Positions 1 to 9,984 are shown, counted from the first letter of the stretch. The stretch: DNA of 64,000 nt from Gemmatimonadales bacterium (GCA_041615815.1 JBFJCP010000010.1:2856-66855), one strand, 5' to 3'. Notes: a model not told the origin generated them from the sequence alone. A program made the numbers and translations.

Positions 1-849
1 TCGCATGTCGAAGCGACGAATGCGAAGCTTGCCGACCAGCTGCTCCAGGATCACCTGGGGATCCGTGCCGTCGTCGAGGAACAGCTCGGCCCGCTTTCCG
101 GCGTCGTTCACACGGTGGACGCCGCGAAGTGTTCGGAAGACGGCACCATCGCCGTCATAGTCGATCAGAATACCGCGATCGCCCGTTGCTTTGACCTCGG
201 CGAGCGTTCCATCCAACACCTTTCGGCCTTTGTTGATCAGCAACACGTAGTCGCAAATTTGTTCGGCCTGTTCCATGACGTGGGTGGAGAAGATCACGGT
301 CCGCCCCTCCCGCTTCATGTCGAGGATGACTTCACGAACGGTCTCGACGTTCACTGGATCGAGTCCGGAGAATGGCTCATCGAGAATCACGAGCTCTGGA
401 TCGTGGATGATCGTCGAAAGGATTTGGACTTTTTGCCCCATGCCCTTGGAGAGCGCTTCGCAACGGCGATCCTTCCAGTCGCCGAGCCCAAACTCGTTCA
501 GCAGGTGTGCCGCGCGCCGCTTGGCTTCCTGGCCGGGCATTCCCTTGAGCTTGCCGAAGTAGGCGATGATATCTCGGGCCGTCATCTTCTTGTACAGGCC
601 CTTTTCCTCGGGGAGGTAGCCCAGCCGGTCCTTGACGGATTCCGGGTTCCGGCTACCGAGCACCTCGATGGTCCCCGCGTCCGGATACAAGATGCTCATG
701 ATCATCCGGATCGTCGTGGTCTTGCCGGCGCCGTTGGGTCCAAGGAACCCGTAGATGGTGCCACGCGGCATTCGAAGGGAGACGTCGTCGACGGCAACGA
801 TCTTGCCAAATCGCTTCGAGACGTTCTCGAGCGCCAGCGCATACTCCAT
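1..849 (-). CDS. ABC transporter ATP-binding protein (3' end runs off the window)
   Basis: Absent from the ORF track because no stop lies in the window. My reverse translation from ATG 849 gives MEYALALENVSKRFGKIVAVDDVSLRMPRGTIYGFLGPNGAGKTTTIRMI (Walker A), LSKGMGQKVQI (signature) and LVILDEPFSGL (Walker B). Listed + ORF 115..924 is its antisense shadow. Confidence 0.9.
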   Translation of the reverse strand, partial: MEYALALENVSKRFGKIVAVDDVSLRMPRGTIYGFLGPNGAGKTTTIRMIMSILYPDAGTIEVLGSRNPESVKDRLGYLPEEKGLYKKMTARDIIAYFGKLKGMPGQEAKRRAAHLLNEFGLGDWKDRRCEALSKGMGQKVQILSTIIHDPELVILDEPFSGLDPVNVETVREVILDMKREGRTVIFSTHVMEQAEQICDYVLLINKGRKVLDGTLAEVKATGDRGILIDYDGDGAVFRTLRGVHRVNDAGKRAELFLDDGTDPQVILEQLVGKLRIRRFDMR

Positions 850-1048
850 GGAGAGAAACTCACGGCGCCAGGACTCAGTGGTTTCCTGACGGAAAGTGGG
901 CGAGGCAGGTATGCGATTCCGTGAAACAGGTTCCGGCATCCAATGAGTCCTTGGTGCAAGACTCCGACGGTGCGTCGCTCGCCGCAGGAGGGAACGGCGT
1001 GGCAAAGATACGGAATACCACCTTCGCTCGGGAGTGTAACTTCAGATC

Positions 1049-1525
1049 ATGTCCATTCGCCAACCCACCAAGCTCATCGTGCTCTTCGGTCTCGTCACGG
1101 GCTGTGCGCTGTTCCGCGGTTTCTCGTTCGAGCGACCCACCGTGTCCCTCGACTCCATTCAGGTCGTTGCGCTCGATCTCCGGGGCGGGAGGCTCAATCT
1201 CCTCCTGGACGTGTACAACCCGAACGGGTATGACCTGCGGGGGACGGGGCTCGAGGCGACGCTGGAGCTCGAAGAGACACGATTCGGCGACGTCCAACTC
1301 GAACGGGACTTCCTCTTGCCGGCGAAGGAGCAGACGTTCATCGAGATCCCCATGAGCTTTACGTGGGAAGGGGTCGGCGCCGGCGCTCGCGCTCTGCTCA
1401 CTCGCGGAGAGGTGGCCTACGACCTTGCGACGCTCATCCGAGCACGGACGCCTGGCGGTGACCGGCCGGTTCGGTTCCACCTGAACGGGATGGTGCGGTT
1501 GGCGGACCTGGGCGTGGGACGGTAA
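1049..1525 (+). CDS. LEA_2/WHy (NDR1/HIN1-like) domain lipoprotein
   Basis: N-terminal hydrophobic segment ends in lipobox LVTGC. The body (VSLDSIQVVALDLRGGRLNLLLDVYNPNGYDL...FIEIPMSFTW) resembles the LEA14/WHy beta-sandwich family. Confidence 0.6.
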   Translation: MSIRQPTKLIVLFGLVTGCALFRGFSFERPTVSLDSIQVVALDLRGGRLNLLLDVYNPNGYDLRGTGLEATLELEETRFGDVQLERDFLLPAKEQTFIEIPMSFTWEGVGAGARALLTRGEVAYDLATLIRARTPGGDRPVRFHLNGMVRLADLGVGR

Positions 1526-1589
1526 CAGGAACGGGGGCGAGGCGAGACAACCGGACGGACAACATGCCGTGCTCCTCTCATGGCCCCGC

Positions 1590-3974
1590 TCACCCGGGCC
1601 TGGATCCCTCGATTCTCCACACGAGGGCGGCGACAGCATACCCCGCGGCCGCAACCAGAAACAACGCCGGCGAGCCCGCGTCCAGGGCAACCAACGCTGC
1701 GAGCGGCGCGGCAATCACCGACGAAAAGCCGTTGGCCGCCCACGCCCACGCCAGACGATCCGGCTCGGGTTGGAACCCGCGGAGACCCAACGGAAAGGGG
1801 AATCCCATCAGAAACGCCACGGGGGCGAGCGCCGCGAACGCCACCATGGCCCGGGCCGGGAGGGACGCGCTCTGGAACTGGTGGACGAGCGGAAGGAGGA
1901 AAACGGCGTACACGATGAACAGCCCGGCCAGCGCCAGCGGCGCAGCCCATCCCCGTGCAACCCCCCATCGGTCCGACCACGCGCTTCCCAGTCCACTGGA
2001 GATCAGGACGGCGGACAGCACGACCGCGACGGCGTAGACTGGGTGACCGAGCAGGAGGCCAAGCTGCTGGATGGCGGCGATCTCGGCGGCGAGGTATGCC
2101 AATCCGATGGCACCGAAGTACAGGACAAGAGGGCCAAGCCCTCGCCGCCGTCCGCGCCGCACCGCGACGGGGAGGATGAGAAACAGCGCGGCCAGGACGG
2201 CACTCTGCGCCAGCGTGGCGAGCAAGGTGAGGTACCCCCACTCGGCGAAGGGGAGCCAGCTTCCCGTTTCCAGCCGAAGCAGATCGGCAACCGCCGTCGC
2301 GCGGAGGAAATGATGCGGATAGGGACGGGCATCCGTCGCCGGCGTTACGTCGAAGGGGTACGCGGCGGCGAACTGCTGCGCACTCTCGGCGCCGCGGACC
2401 GCAGCATCGGCGGCCCGATAGAGGATTGGCTCGTCGATGAAGTTGAACTCGCTCTGCGGCGCCTCGAGGCCCGGATACCAGTCGAGATCGAACTGACGTG
2501 ACCGCGCCCAGTGCGCGAGTGTGGCGATCTCTCGGTCGGAGAACCCGGCGGGGCGCGCCATCACGGTCACGGTTCCCCAACTGCGAAGGACGATCAGCTG
2601 GCGCGCCGTGGGCCCGTCGGACACTTGGTGGAGCGCCTGGGCCAGCGTGAGCACTGTGCGGACACTCTCACGCGGCGGCGTTCGCAGCCACCCGGTGATG
2701 GCCAGCACGCCTCGGTCGGTCAGAAGACGGAAGTAGTGGGCGTAGGCCTCTTCGGTGTGGAGGAAGTCCTCGTTCAATGCGTGGACGCCCGCCGCGGCCA
2801 GGCCGTACCCCCCTCCTTGCGCGAGCGTGATGAGATCGTAGCGCGCGGCTGTACGAGCCACGAAGTTGCGGGCGTCTCCGCTCACCCACGTAACCCGGCT
2901 TCTGGCCCACGCGGGTGGTACGGTGGCGAGGTCGCGGCTGAGCGTGAGGAGGGATGGTTGGAGCTCGACCGCTGTCACGTCGTCGGCTCCATGCGCCACC
3001 GCGTTCCAGACTTCCGTGCCGCCGCCCGACCCGATCACCAGGACCCGCTCAGGTGGCACCACGCTGTACGGCGCGCTCGACGGCAGCCAGTCCAGGACCG
3101 CATCGGAAGCGGTATCCGCGGCCCAGCGGGCCGCCGCTCCCGCGATCTGGCCGTCCACGAACAAGGCTCTTTGCGGCGGAAACGCGCCACGGTAGGCCAG
3201 ACTGAGTCCGGGAGCGTAGCGGAAGGCCGGAGCCTCGACGGCCACCACCCATCCCACGGGACTGTTCCGTTCGGCCGTCCGCTTCGCGTCCGGGTAGGCT
3301 TCCACCTGTGGGAGTTCCTTATACGGGGTGATCGTGAACTCCCACGGAGGCCACCGGAAGGCGGCAAGGCTCCCGATCGTCAGCAGGGTGGCCAACACCA
3401 CCTGCTGCCGACGCTGCGCAGTCAGGGATGCGGCGAACGCGCCGCCGCCAGCGAGGACGGCGGGCAGCGCGAGGGCGGGCTCCGGAGCTGCCAGCCACAG
3501 GATCCCGATGGCGGCAGCAGCGCCGAGCCCCGAGCCGATGAGGCTCGCCCCGTAGAGGCGGCCCACATGCCGGGTGGATGCGGTCAGACCCAAGAGCACG
3601 GCGGCCGCTCCGACGGCGAACGGGAGTGCCGCGAGCACGTACACGGTGGCCAGCTTGGGGATTTCCGCTACTGAGACGGGTAGCTGCGTGGGATCGAGTG
3701 GAATTCGGTGAATGAGGATGGGGCTCATCAGGAGCGCCACCGGCGTGAGCAGACTCGCAGCGATGAACCATGTGGCCGCCCGGCTGGGCGAAAGGTCGCG
3801 AACCGTGGCGATGACGGTCCCGCTCACCCCGAAGCCGAGCATGGCCACACCGATGGCCATGAACGCGAAGTGATGGAAATGCTCGATCGCGAAGGCGCGC
3901 ACGAGCAGCAGCTCGTACGCGAGGGTCCCGGCCGAGAGGAATCCCACAGCCAGGATGCGCGCCAAGGCCGTCAC
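1590..3974 (-). CDS. polytopic membrane protein with central spermidine/spermine-synthase-like methyltransferase domain
   Basis: ORF 1590..4208 trimmed to GTG 3974, 5 nt after the pcm stop; the upstream part overlaps pcm and is Arg-rich. Many TM segments at both ends. VLVIGSGGGTEVWNAVAHGADDVTAVELQP is a SAM-binding GxGxG motif typical of spermidine-synthase-like proteins. Confidence 0.65.
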   Translation of the reverse strand: MTALARILAVGFLSAGTLAYELLLVRAFAIEHFHHFAFMAIGVAMLGFGVSGTVIATVRDLSPSRAATWFIAASLLTPVALLMSPILIHRIPLDPTQLPVSVAEIPKLATVYVLAALPFAVGAAAVLLGLTASTRHVGRLYGASLIGSGLGAAAAIGILWLAAPEPALALPAVLAGGGAFAASLTAQRRQQVVLATLLTIGSLAAFRWPPWEFTITPYKELPQVEAYPDAKRTAERNSPVGWVVAVEAPAFRYAPGLSLAYRGAFPPQRALFVDGQIAGAAARWAADTASDAVLDWLPSSAPYSVVPPERVLVIGSGGGTEVWNAVAHGADDVTAVELQPSLLTLSRDLATVPPAWARSRVTWVSGDARNFVARTAARYDLITLAQGGGYGLAAAGVHALNEDFLHTEEAYAHYFRLLTDRGVLAITGWLRTPPRESVRTVLTLAQALHQVSDGPTARQLIVLRSWGTVTVMARPAGFSDREIATLAHWARSRQFDLDWYPGLEAPQSEFNFIDEPILYRAADAAVRGAESAQQFAAAYPFDVTPATDARPYPHHFLRATAVADLLRLETGSWLPFAEWGYLTLLATLAQSAVLAALFLILPVAVRRGRRRGLGPLVLYFGAIGLAYLAAEIAAIQQLGLLLGHPVYAVAVVLSAVLISSGLGSAWSDRWGVARGWAAPLALAGLFIVYAVFLLPLVHQFQSASLPARAMVAFAALAPVAFLMGFPFPLGLRGFQPEPDRLAWAWAANGFSSVIAAPLAALVALDAGSPALFLVAAAGYAVAALVWRIEGSRPG

Positions 3975-3979
3975 GGTGC

Positions 3980-4693
3980 CTAGCGGATCCCGCTCAACAT
4001 GGGGACGAACCGAACTGGCAGGAGGTTCCGCGTCCGGAGGTCTCCGTCTCCGCGCTTTTCCACGAGGATGAGGTTCTGCACGCCGTACACGCTTCCCACG
4101 GGGATGATCATGCGTCCTCCAGTCCGAAGCTGCTCCACGAGGGCCGGAGGGATGTAGCCCGCGGCGGCCGTGACGATGATCGCATCGAAGGATCCTCCCT
4201 CGGGCCATCCGTGATGACCGTCGGCGTGACGCACTTCCGCCGTGTATCCGAGCCGATCCAGACGGTCGCGGGCCGACGTCGCGAGGGCGCCGATGAGCTC
4301 AATGGAGAATACCTCGCAACCGATGTGGGCCAGCACGGCCGCCTGGTATCCCGATCCGGTCCCCACCTCGAGCACACGCATCCCGGGTTTCGGCCGCAGC
4401 ACTTCGGTCATGAAGGCCACGATGTAGGGTTGGGAGATCGTCTGTCCGTAGCCGATGGGGAGCGGGTGGTCGCCATACGCCCGTGTCAGGGTTTCCGGCG
4501 CCACGAACTCATGGCGAGGAACCTTGCGCATGGCGTCGAGCGTGGCGGAATCGCGCACCCCATGTGCGGTAATCAAGTCGACCATGGCCATCCGTTGGCG
4601 CGTGAATCTGGCGGCCTCTTGGCCCCAGCCCGGGGTGCAGACGACGAAAGCCGAGACGAGGAGCAGGAAGCGTGGGGTGGCTCGCTGTTTCAT
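3980..4693 (-). CDS. pcm: protein-L-isoaspartate O-methyltransferase with N-terminal signal/lipoprotein-like peptide
   Basis: GQTISQPYIVAFMTE and VLEVGTGSGYQAAVLA are PIMT hallmarks. The N-terminus MKQRATPRFLLLVSAFVVCTPG looks like an export signal. Its start shares 1 nt with the upstream permease stop. Confidence 0.85.
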   Translation of the reverse strand: MKQRATPRFLLLVSAFVVCTPGWGQEAARFTRQRMAMVDLITAHGVRDSATLDAMRKVPRHEFVAPETLTRAYGDHPLPIGYGQTISQPYIVAFMTEVLRPKPGMRVLEVGTGSGYQAAVLAHIGCEVFSIELIGALATSARDRLDRLGYTAEVRHADGHHGWPEGGSFDAIIVTAAAGYIPPALVEQLRTGGRMIIPVGSVYGVQNLILVEKRGDGDLRTRNLLPVRFVPMLSGIR

Positions 4694-5469
4694 CAGTAAT
4701 GTCCCAGGAGCCCTCGATTTCGCGCTTGCCGCTCGAAGACTCTGAAAATCGAGAACCCGGCTAGGAAGTAGAACGTCCCGTTCGCCGCCAGCAGCCCGAG
4801 GTCACCGAGCGGCATGTCGAAGATAGATATTCCGTCGATCATCGAGCTCGCTATCAAATTGGTGCCCCATGAAAGCGGCAGAAAGCGGAGAAACGGAAAC
4901 TGTTCTACCGGGGCGGCGATGAGGGCCACGAACCCAAACTGAAGAATGCCGAGAGCGGCCTGGATCTGCTTGAAGACGATTGCGAGTCCGCCCATGACGA
5001 ATCCTATTCCGAGGACACTCGCTACGGTGAAGGCAAAGAGTGGACCGAGGGTCACGATATCGAGACGCAGCCAGCGGCCCGAAGTCGCCATCATGAGGAC
5101 GAGAAATCCCAGCATGATCACGATCCGGAAGACCATGGCGGATGCGACGCGAGCCACGAGTACCCGTCCCAGTCCCAGCGGAGACATCGAGAGTTGTTCT
5201 AACGTGCCTTGTTGCGCTTCTCCCATCAACACCCATGACAACTCGGCGTACGCGTACATGGACAGATAGAAGATGCCGAATCCCACCACGATTCCGGCCA
5301 GCGTACCGCCGAAGTTGGTCTGGTCTCCGGCAAAACTCCGCGCGCCAAAGAACACCAGGACAAAGATCAAGTAGAACGACGCCAACATCGAGAGCGTGTT
5401 GAAGTAGTAGCGCTTCATCTCGATGGCGTAGCGCTTGAACATCGCGCTCACCAGTGCCAGCGTCGCCAT
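4693..5469 (-). CDS. ABC-2 type exporter permease
   Basis: Six or so hydrophobic segments, 258 aa, immediately downstream (1-nt gap) of an ABC ATPase. Confidence 0.75.
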   Translation of the reverse strand: MATLALVSAMFKRYAIEMKRYYFNTLSMLASFYLIFVLVFFGARSFAGDQTNFGGTLAGIVVGFGIFYLSMYAYAELSWVLMGEAQQGTLEQLSMSPLGLGRVLVARVASAMVFRIVIMLGFLVLMMATSGRWLRLDIVTLGPLFAFTVASVLGIGFVMGGLAIVFKQIQAALGILQFGFVALIAAPVEQFPFLRFLPLSWGTNLIASSMIDGISIFDMPLGDLGLLAANGTFYFLAGFSIFRVFERQARNRGLLGHY

Positions 5470-5470
5470 A

Positions 5471-6427
5471 TCAGCTCTTTCGTCGCAAAATCGACAGGAA
5501 AATCTCTTCGAGGTTCGGGTCGCGCCGGTCGATGGCCTCGATGACGGCGCCTGCGTCCCGAAGCAGGTCCATCAACTCGTAGAGCTGCTCGCCGCGGAGG
5601 AGCTCCACCTCGATCTCCGTCGTGTGATCGGTGTGGTGAAACTCAATCATTTGAAAATGGGATTCCACCCTCCGTTGCTGTTCCGGCGTGAGCCGACCTG
5701 CCAACTGGAAGTGATACGCGCGGGCTCGAAAGAGGGCGAGAAGATTGGAAACCTCGTCGTCCGTGATCACGTGGCCATCTTGGATGATGATGACGCGGTC
5801 GCAAATGTCTTGCACGACGTTCATGTCGTGGCTCGACAACAGGATGGTCCGATCCCCCTGGCGCGCCATCTGTTTCAAGGCGGTGCGCAGTTCGTACGAT
5901 GTTTCCACGTCTAATCCGAGCGTCGGCTCGTCCAGGAGCAGCAGCTCCGTTTGCTTTACCAGCGCACACGCCACTGCCAGCTTCTGCTGCATGCCGCGCG
6001 AGAGTTTACGAGCGGCGGCCTTTGCCTTGGACTCGAGATCGAACATCTCGAGAAGCTCGGAAATGTGACGGCGAACCCGGCGGGCGGGGATCCCTTGTAG
6101 ACCAGCAAAGAACTCGAGGTTCTCTCTGGCGCTGAGGCGCCAGTACACGTTGCGATTCCCCTCGAGCACCGCCGCAATTCTACGCAAGGCTTTGTTGGGC
6201 CTGGCGAGGACGTCGATGCCATCGATGACAATCCGTCCCGCGGTAGGTTGGATGAGGGTGCACAAACATTTGATCGTCGTGGTCTTGCCGGCTCCGTTGG
6301 GACCTAGGAGTCCCACCACCTCTCCCCGACCGACCGAGAAACTGACGTGGTTCACCGCCCGGACGGTGCCCTCACGGCTGCGATAGACCTTCGAGAGGTC
6401 GTCGATCTGCACGATGGGTTCGGACAT
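5471..6427 (-). CDS. ABC transporter ATP-binding protein
   Basis: GPNGAGKTTTIKCL (Walker A), LSRGMQQKLAVACAL (signature), LLLLDEPTLGLD (Walker B). Start trimmed to ATG 6427 (MSEPIVQIDDLSKVY), because the longer ORF to 6502 overlaps the amidase stop. Confidence 0.9.
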   Translation of the reverse strand: MSEPIVQIDDLSKVYRSREGTVRAVNHVSFSVGRGEVVGLLGPNGAGKTTTIKCLCTLIQPTAGRIVIDGIDVLARPNKALRRIAAVLEGNRNVYWRLSARENLEFFAGLQGIPARRVRRHISELLEMFDLESKAKAAARKLSRGMQQKLAVACALVKQTELLLLDEPTLGLDVETSYELRTALKQMARQGDRTILLSSHDMNVVQDICDRVIIIQDGHVITDDEVSNLLALFRARAYHFQLAGRLTPEQQRRVESHFQMIEFHHTDHTTEIEVELLRGEQLYELMDLLRDAGAVIEAIDRRDPNLEEIFLSILRRKS

Positions 6428-6498
6428 CAGGCTCCGTGATGCGGTGTTCGGCAGAAGATAGCGCGCTCCGCGATCACGTAGCTGGCGGAGCTTCTGGC

Positions 6499-8211
6499 TC
6501 ACGCGAACTCGGGCGGATGATGGAGATGGAACCCCGTGGCGTCCTGATACGCCTTGGCCGCGGCCAGCAGGATCCCCTCTTCATACAGATTGCCCACGAA
6601 GGAGAGGCTCACCGGCGTGCCATCGTCACGGAATCCGTTGGGGAGGGTGACCGCCGGGTGTCCCGTGAGGTTCGTCAGGAGCAACACGCCACCGCCAAAC
6701 GACGGCGTCACGAAGAGGTCGATCCCATCCATGGCCGCCCGCATGCTTCCCATCAGCATGGTGCGGACACGGTTGGCCTGGAGGTACTCGACGGCAGGGA
6801 TCAGACGCGACTGACGGAACACGTTGGGCCACGCGCGCCGGATTTGCCGAACGAGCAGATCGTCCCGGCCGGACCGCGTGAGGTCATCGAACGCCGCGGC
6901 CGCTTCCACGTTCAGGATGATGCGTAGCGCATCCAGCGGGAACGCGTCAGTGGGGAGGTCGACAGGGATGAGGTTGGCGCCCAGTGATCGAAGCGTCTCC
7001 AGCGCGGCGTCATCGAACGGCTTCCAGTCATGGTCCGCTTCGAACGCAGCGCGGAAATAGCCGACCCGTAGATCGGCGAGCCGGGTTCCCGGGTCCCACG
7101 TGAACGGGAGGTCCCGCGCTGTGGGGTCCTTACCATCTGCTCCGTGGATGGCGTCGAACACGAGGGCGCAGTCCTCCACGGTCCGACAGATGGGTCCCAG
7201 CTTGTCCATGCTCCAGGAGAGTGCCATCGCCCCATGGCGGCTCACGCGTCCAAACGTGGGGCGCAAGCCCGTGGCACCACACCGTGTCGAGGGTGAAACG
7301 ATGGACCCGAGGGTTTCGCTTCCGATACTGAACCCGACGAGTCCTGCCACCGTCGCTGATGCCGAGCCGGCCGACGATCCGCTGGATCCCTGCTCGAGGT
7401 TCCACGGATTGCGCGTTTGCCCACCGTACCACACATCGCCCCACGCGAGGGCGCCGAGGGTGAGCTTGGCGACCAAGATCGCCCCAGCTTCCTCGAGGCG
7501 TCGCACCACCGTGGCATCGTACGGGATCACTTGATCCTCGAATGGTTTCGCGCCCCACGTGGTCCGATAACTATCCTCGGCCAACAGATCCTTGGCTCCC
7601 CACGGGATCCCGTGGAGTGGGCCGCGGTACCCGCCCCGGGCCAACTCGGCGTCGGCCCGACGCGCCTGGGTCATGGCCAGCTCCTCGGTGAGCGTGATCA
7701 CGCATTCCAGCTTCTGGCCGTACGCACGCAGGCGATCGAGGTACATCCCGGTGAGCTCCTCCGAGGAGATCTTACGCGTGCGAAGAAGCTCCGCCTGCTC
7801 GGACAGGGATAGAAAGACCAGGTCCTGCGATTTCGAGGGTCGTTGCACCGCCGGAGCGCGGCTCCTCCGCGAGGGTTGCCGCGCGGCTGGTATGCTCGTT
7901 CCGGGTGTGGCGGGATCGAACAGGAGCGCGGGATGGACTTCGTTGGGTATCGCGACGGTGCGGAGCTTTTCGAAGGCCTCGAGATTCTCGTTGACGTCTT
8001 CCAGCATCAGCTCCCGCTCCGCCTCAGTGAACTCGAGTCCCGCGAGTTTCTCGGCCTCGGCGATCATGCGTGCGGTGATCCGAGCCTTCTCTTGCGCCAG
8101 CCCCCACAGGACGGTGGGAAATGCCGTGCTGCCGAGCCCGACGGCCGAGAAGTAGGCCATGAAACGCCGGCGAGTGAGCGAGTGGCGGATGACGGAGTCG
8201 CTGGTTGGCAT
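6499..8211 (-). CDS. amidase-signature family amidase with Tat-type signal
   Basis: N-terminus has the twin-arginine motif LTRRRFMAYFSAVGLGSTAF. Amidase signature GSSGSSAGSASATVAGLVGFSIGSETLGSIVSPSTRCGATGLRPTFGRVSRHG. Confidence 0.85.
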   Translation of the reverse strand: MPTSDSVIRHSLTRRRFMAYFSAVGLGSTAFPTVLWGLAQEKARITARMIAEAEKLAGLEFTEAERELMLEDVNENLEAFEKLRTVAIPNEVHPALLFDPATPGTSIPAARQPSRRSRAPAVQRPSKSQDLVFLSLSEQAELLRTRKISSEELTGMYLDRLRAYGQKLECVITLTEELAMTQARRADAELARGGYRGPLHGIPWGAKDLLAEDSYRTTWGAKPFEDQVIPYDATVVRRLEEAGAILVAKLTLGALAWGDVWYGGQTRNPWNLEQGSSGSSAGSASATVAGLVGFSIGSETLGSIVSPSTRCGATGLRPTFGRVSRHGAMALSWSMDKLGPICRTVEDCALVFDAIHGADGKDPTARDLPFTWDPGTRLADLRVGYFRAAFEADHDWKPFDDAALETLRSLGANLIPVDLPTDAFPLDALRIILNVEAAAAFDDLTRSGRDDLLVRQIRRAWPNVFRQSRLIPAVEYLQANRVRTMLMGSMRAAMDGIDLFVTPSFGGGVLLLTNLTGHPAVTLPNGFRDDGTPVSLSFVGNLYEEGILLAAAKAYQDATGFHLHHPPEFA

Positions 8212-8254
8212 GGTTCGGTTCGGGTGGAGGGTCTGGGGGGTGTGCGCGGACTAT

Positions 8255-9262
8255 TCAACTTCTCGCGGCCAACTCCCGCAAGGCTTGCAGTTGCGTCTGC
8301 GTACCGACGGCGATCATGACGTCACCCGGCTCGAGCCGAGTGTCCACCGGCGGATTGGTCAGCACCTCATCGTCCCCCCGCCGGTGGACGGCCAGCACAT
8401 TGGCCCCGGTTGGTTGTCGAACCTGAGCCTCGGCAACGGTCTTGTTGTGGAGACCGCCGTCCGGCTCGACAAGGCACTCCTCCAACCAGAGTTCCAGTTT
8501 GCCTGAGTGAATGGCGAGATCGAGAAACGCCGTCACGGATGGGTGGAGGAGTTGGGTGGCGATGCGGTGCCCGGTGATGGTGTACGGGGAGATCACGTGA
8601 TCTGCGCCGGCCCGAAGGAACCTGGGCTCCGCCGTGGGTTGGTTGGCTCGGGCGATGATCGTGACGGACGGGTTCAAGGCACGGGCCGTTACCGTAATGA
8701 ACAAATTGTCTGCGTCATCTCCCGTGGTAGCGACCAAGCCCCGCGCTCGCTCGATGCCTGCCCGTTGGAGGGTTTCGTCATCTTTCGCGTCGCCGGCGAC
8801 ATAAAGGATGTCGGTGGCGATCTCGTCGATCACCTGGCCGGCCGATTCTACTGCTACCGTGGGGAGATCGCGCCGTTCGAGATCAGCGGCCACCTGATGT
8901 CCCACACGCCCCAGCCCACAGACGATGTAGTGATCGTGTAGGGCGTCGATACGTTGCTGCATGCGTTTGCTCCGCCAGGATCCCGAGATCTCGCCACTCA
9001 CGATGGCGCGGCCCACCGCGCTGAACAAGTAGGCGACCGATCCGACCCCGGCCATGATCAGGCCCGTCGTGAAGAGTCGACCCGCCTCCGAGAGGGGGCG
9101 CACCTCTCCGTAGCCCACCGTGGAGAGAGTGATCACCGTCATGTACGACGCGTCGGCCACGCGCCAGCCTTCGATGAGCACGAATCCAGCAGTCCCCAGG
9201 GCGGTAATGCCGACGAGGACGAGGACGAACCGAACGAGACGGGTTCGAACCTCGGAAATCAT
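8255..9262 (-). CDS. potassium channel with RCK (TrkA-N/TrkA-C) domains
   Basis: Two TM segments flank the selectivity filter TLSTVGYGEV. A Rossmann-like segment HYIVCGLGRVGHQVA and a C-terminal TrkA-C-like segment follow. Confidence 0.85.
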   Translation of the reverse strand: MISEVRTRLVRFVLVLVGITALGTAGFVLIEGWRVADASYMTVITLSTVGYGEVRPLSEAGRLFTTGLIMAGVGSVAYLFSAVGRAIVSGEISGSWRSKRMQQRIDALHDHYIVCGLGRVGHQVAADLERRDLPTVAVESAGQVIDEIATDILYVAGDAKDDETLQRAGIERARGLVATTGDDADNLFITVTARALNPSVTIIARANQPTAEPRFLRAGADHVISPYTITGHRIATQLLHPSVTAFLDLAIHSGKLELWLEECLVEPDGGLHNKTVAEAQVRQPTGANVLAVHRRGDDEVLTNPPVDTRLEPGDVMIAVGTQTQLQALRELAARS

Positions 9263-9320
9263 GCCTTGCTAGCGCTGCGCGCCTAGAAGGTCGCTGGGAC
9301 CCATGGCATGGCGCCTCGTG

Positions 9321-9734
9321 TCAGGCCGACGCGACGGTCGAAAGAACGCGCTCGATCCGCGCACGCACCTCGCGGGCCACCTCCCCGAGCTCGGGATTCC
9401 CGCTGATCTTGAGTTGCTCGACCGGATCGAGGGCGGCGACCACGCTCTCGTCGCGCCGCTCGCCCTGGTACACGATCAGGTTACACGGCAACAGCAGGCC
9501 GATCTCGAGCTCGCTCGAGAGAGCCTGGTGGGCCAGTGGGGGATTACAGGCCCCGAGGATCACGTAGGGTCTGAACTCCACATCCAGCTTCTTCTTGAGC
9601 GTTTCCCGCACGTCGATCTCGGTGAGGACGCCGAACCCCTCCGTCGCGAGGGCCGCACGGGTCCGGGCGAGCGCCTCTTCATAGGGCAGAGCCACTTGGG
9701 TGCTGAGCCCATACGCGGTCCTGGATCTCGTCAT
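9321..9734 (-). CDS. DUF302 domain protein
   Basis: 137 aa. GFGVLTEIDVRETLKKKLDVEFRPYVILGACNP is the family-typical core. Confidence 0.7.
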   Translation of the reverse strand: MTRSRTAYGLSTQVALPYEEALARTRAALATEGFGVLTEIDVRETLKKKLDVEFRPYVILGACNPPLAHQALSSELEIGLLLPCNLIVYQGERRDESVVAALDPVEQLKISGNPELGEVAREVRARIERVLSTVASA

Positions 9735-9947
9735 GGTTTCTCCTTCTGCTCACGGGGCGCGCAACGGTGGGATGTCCCCGCCCTCCATTCTATCGATTTG
9801 CACGATTGGGGGCCATCTCTCTAAGCCGTTCTACATACTCCCTTTAGCTTCGTTCGTCGGGAAGTTCGTCGCGAAGGTTGTGCAAGTTGACCGCGAGGCG
9901 TCTCATGGCTACCATACGCCGGGCGAGAAGGGCCTTTCAGTCGGTAG

Positions 9948-9969
9948 ATTCGCGATCTCAACCGCGAAT
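9948..9969. promoter_or_regulatory. perfect 7-bp inverted repeat ATTCGCG-N8-CGCGAAT 16 nt upstream of the coxB start
   Basis: Read directly: attcgcg atctcaac cgcgaat. No obvious Shine-Dalgarno lies between it and ATG 9985. Could be an operator or a 5'-UTR hairpin. Confidence 0.3.
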
Positions 9970-9984
9970 ACGATTCGGACGCTC

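Noticed and set aside
115-924. 269-aa plus-strand ORF at the window start
   Set aside because: Its reverse complement encodes a textbook ABC ATPase (Walker A, signature, Walker B), so the listed ORF is the antisense frame.
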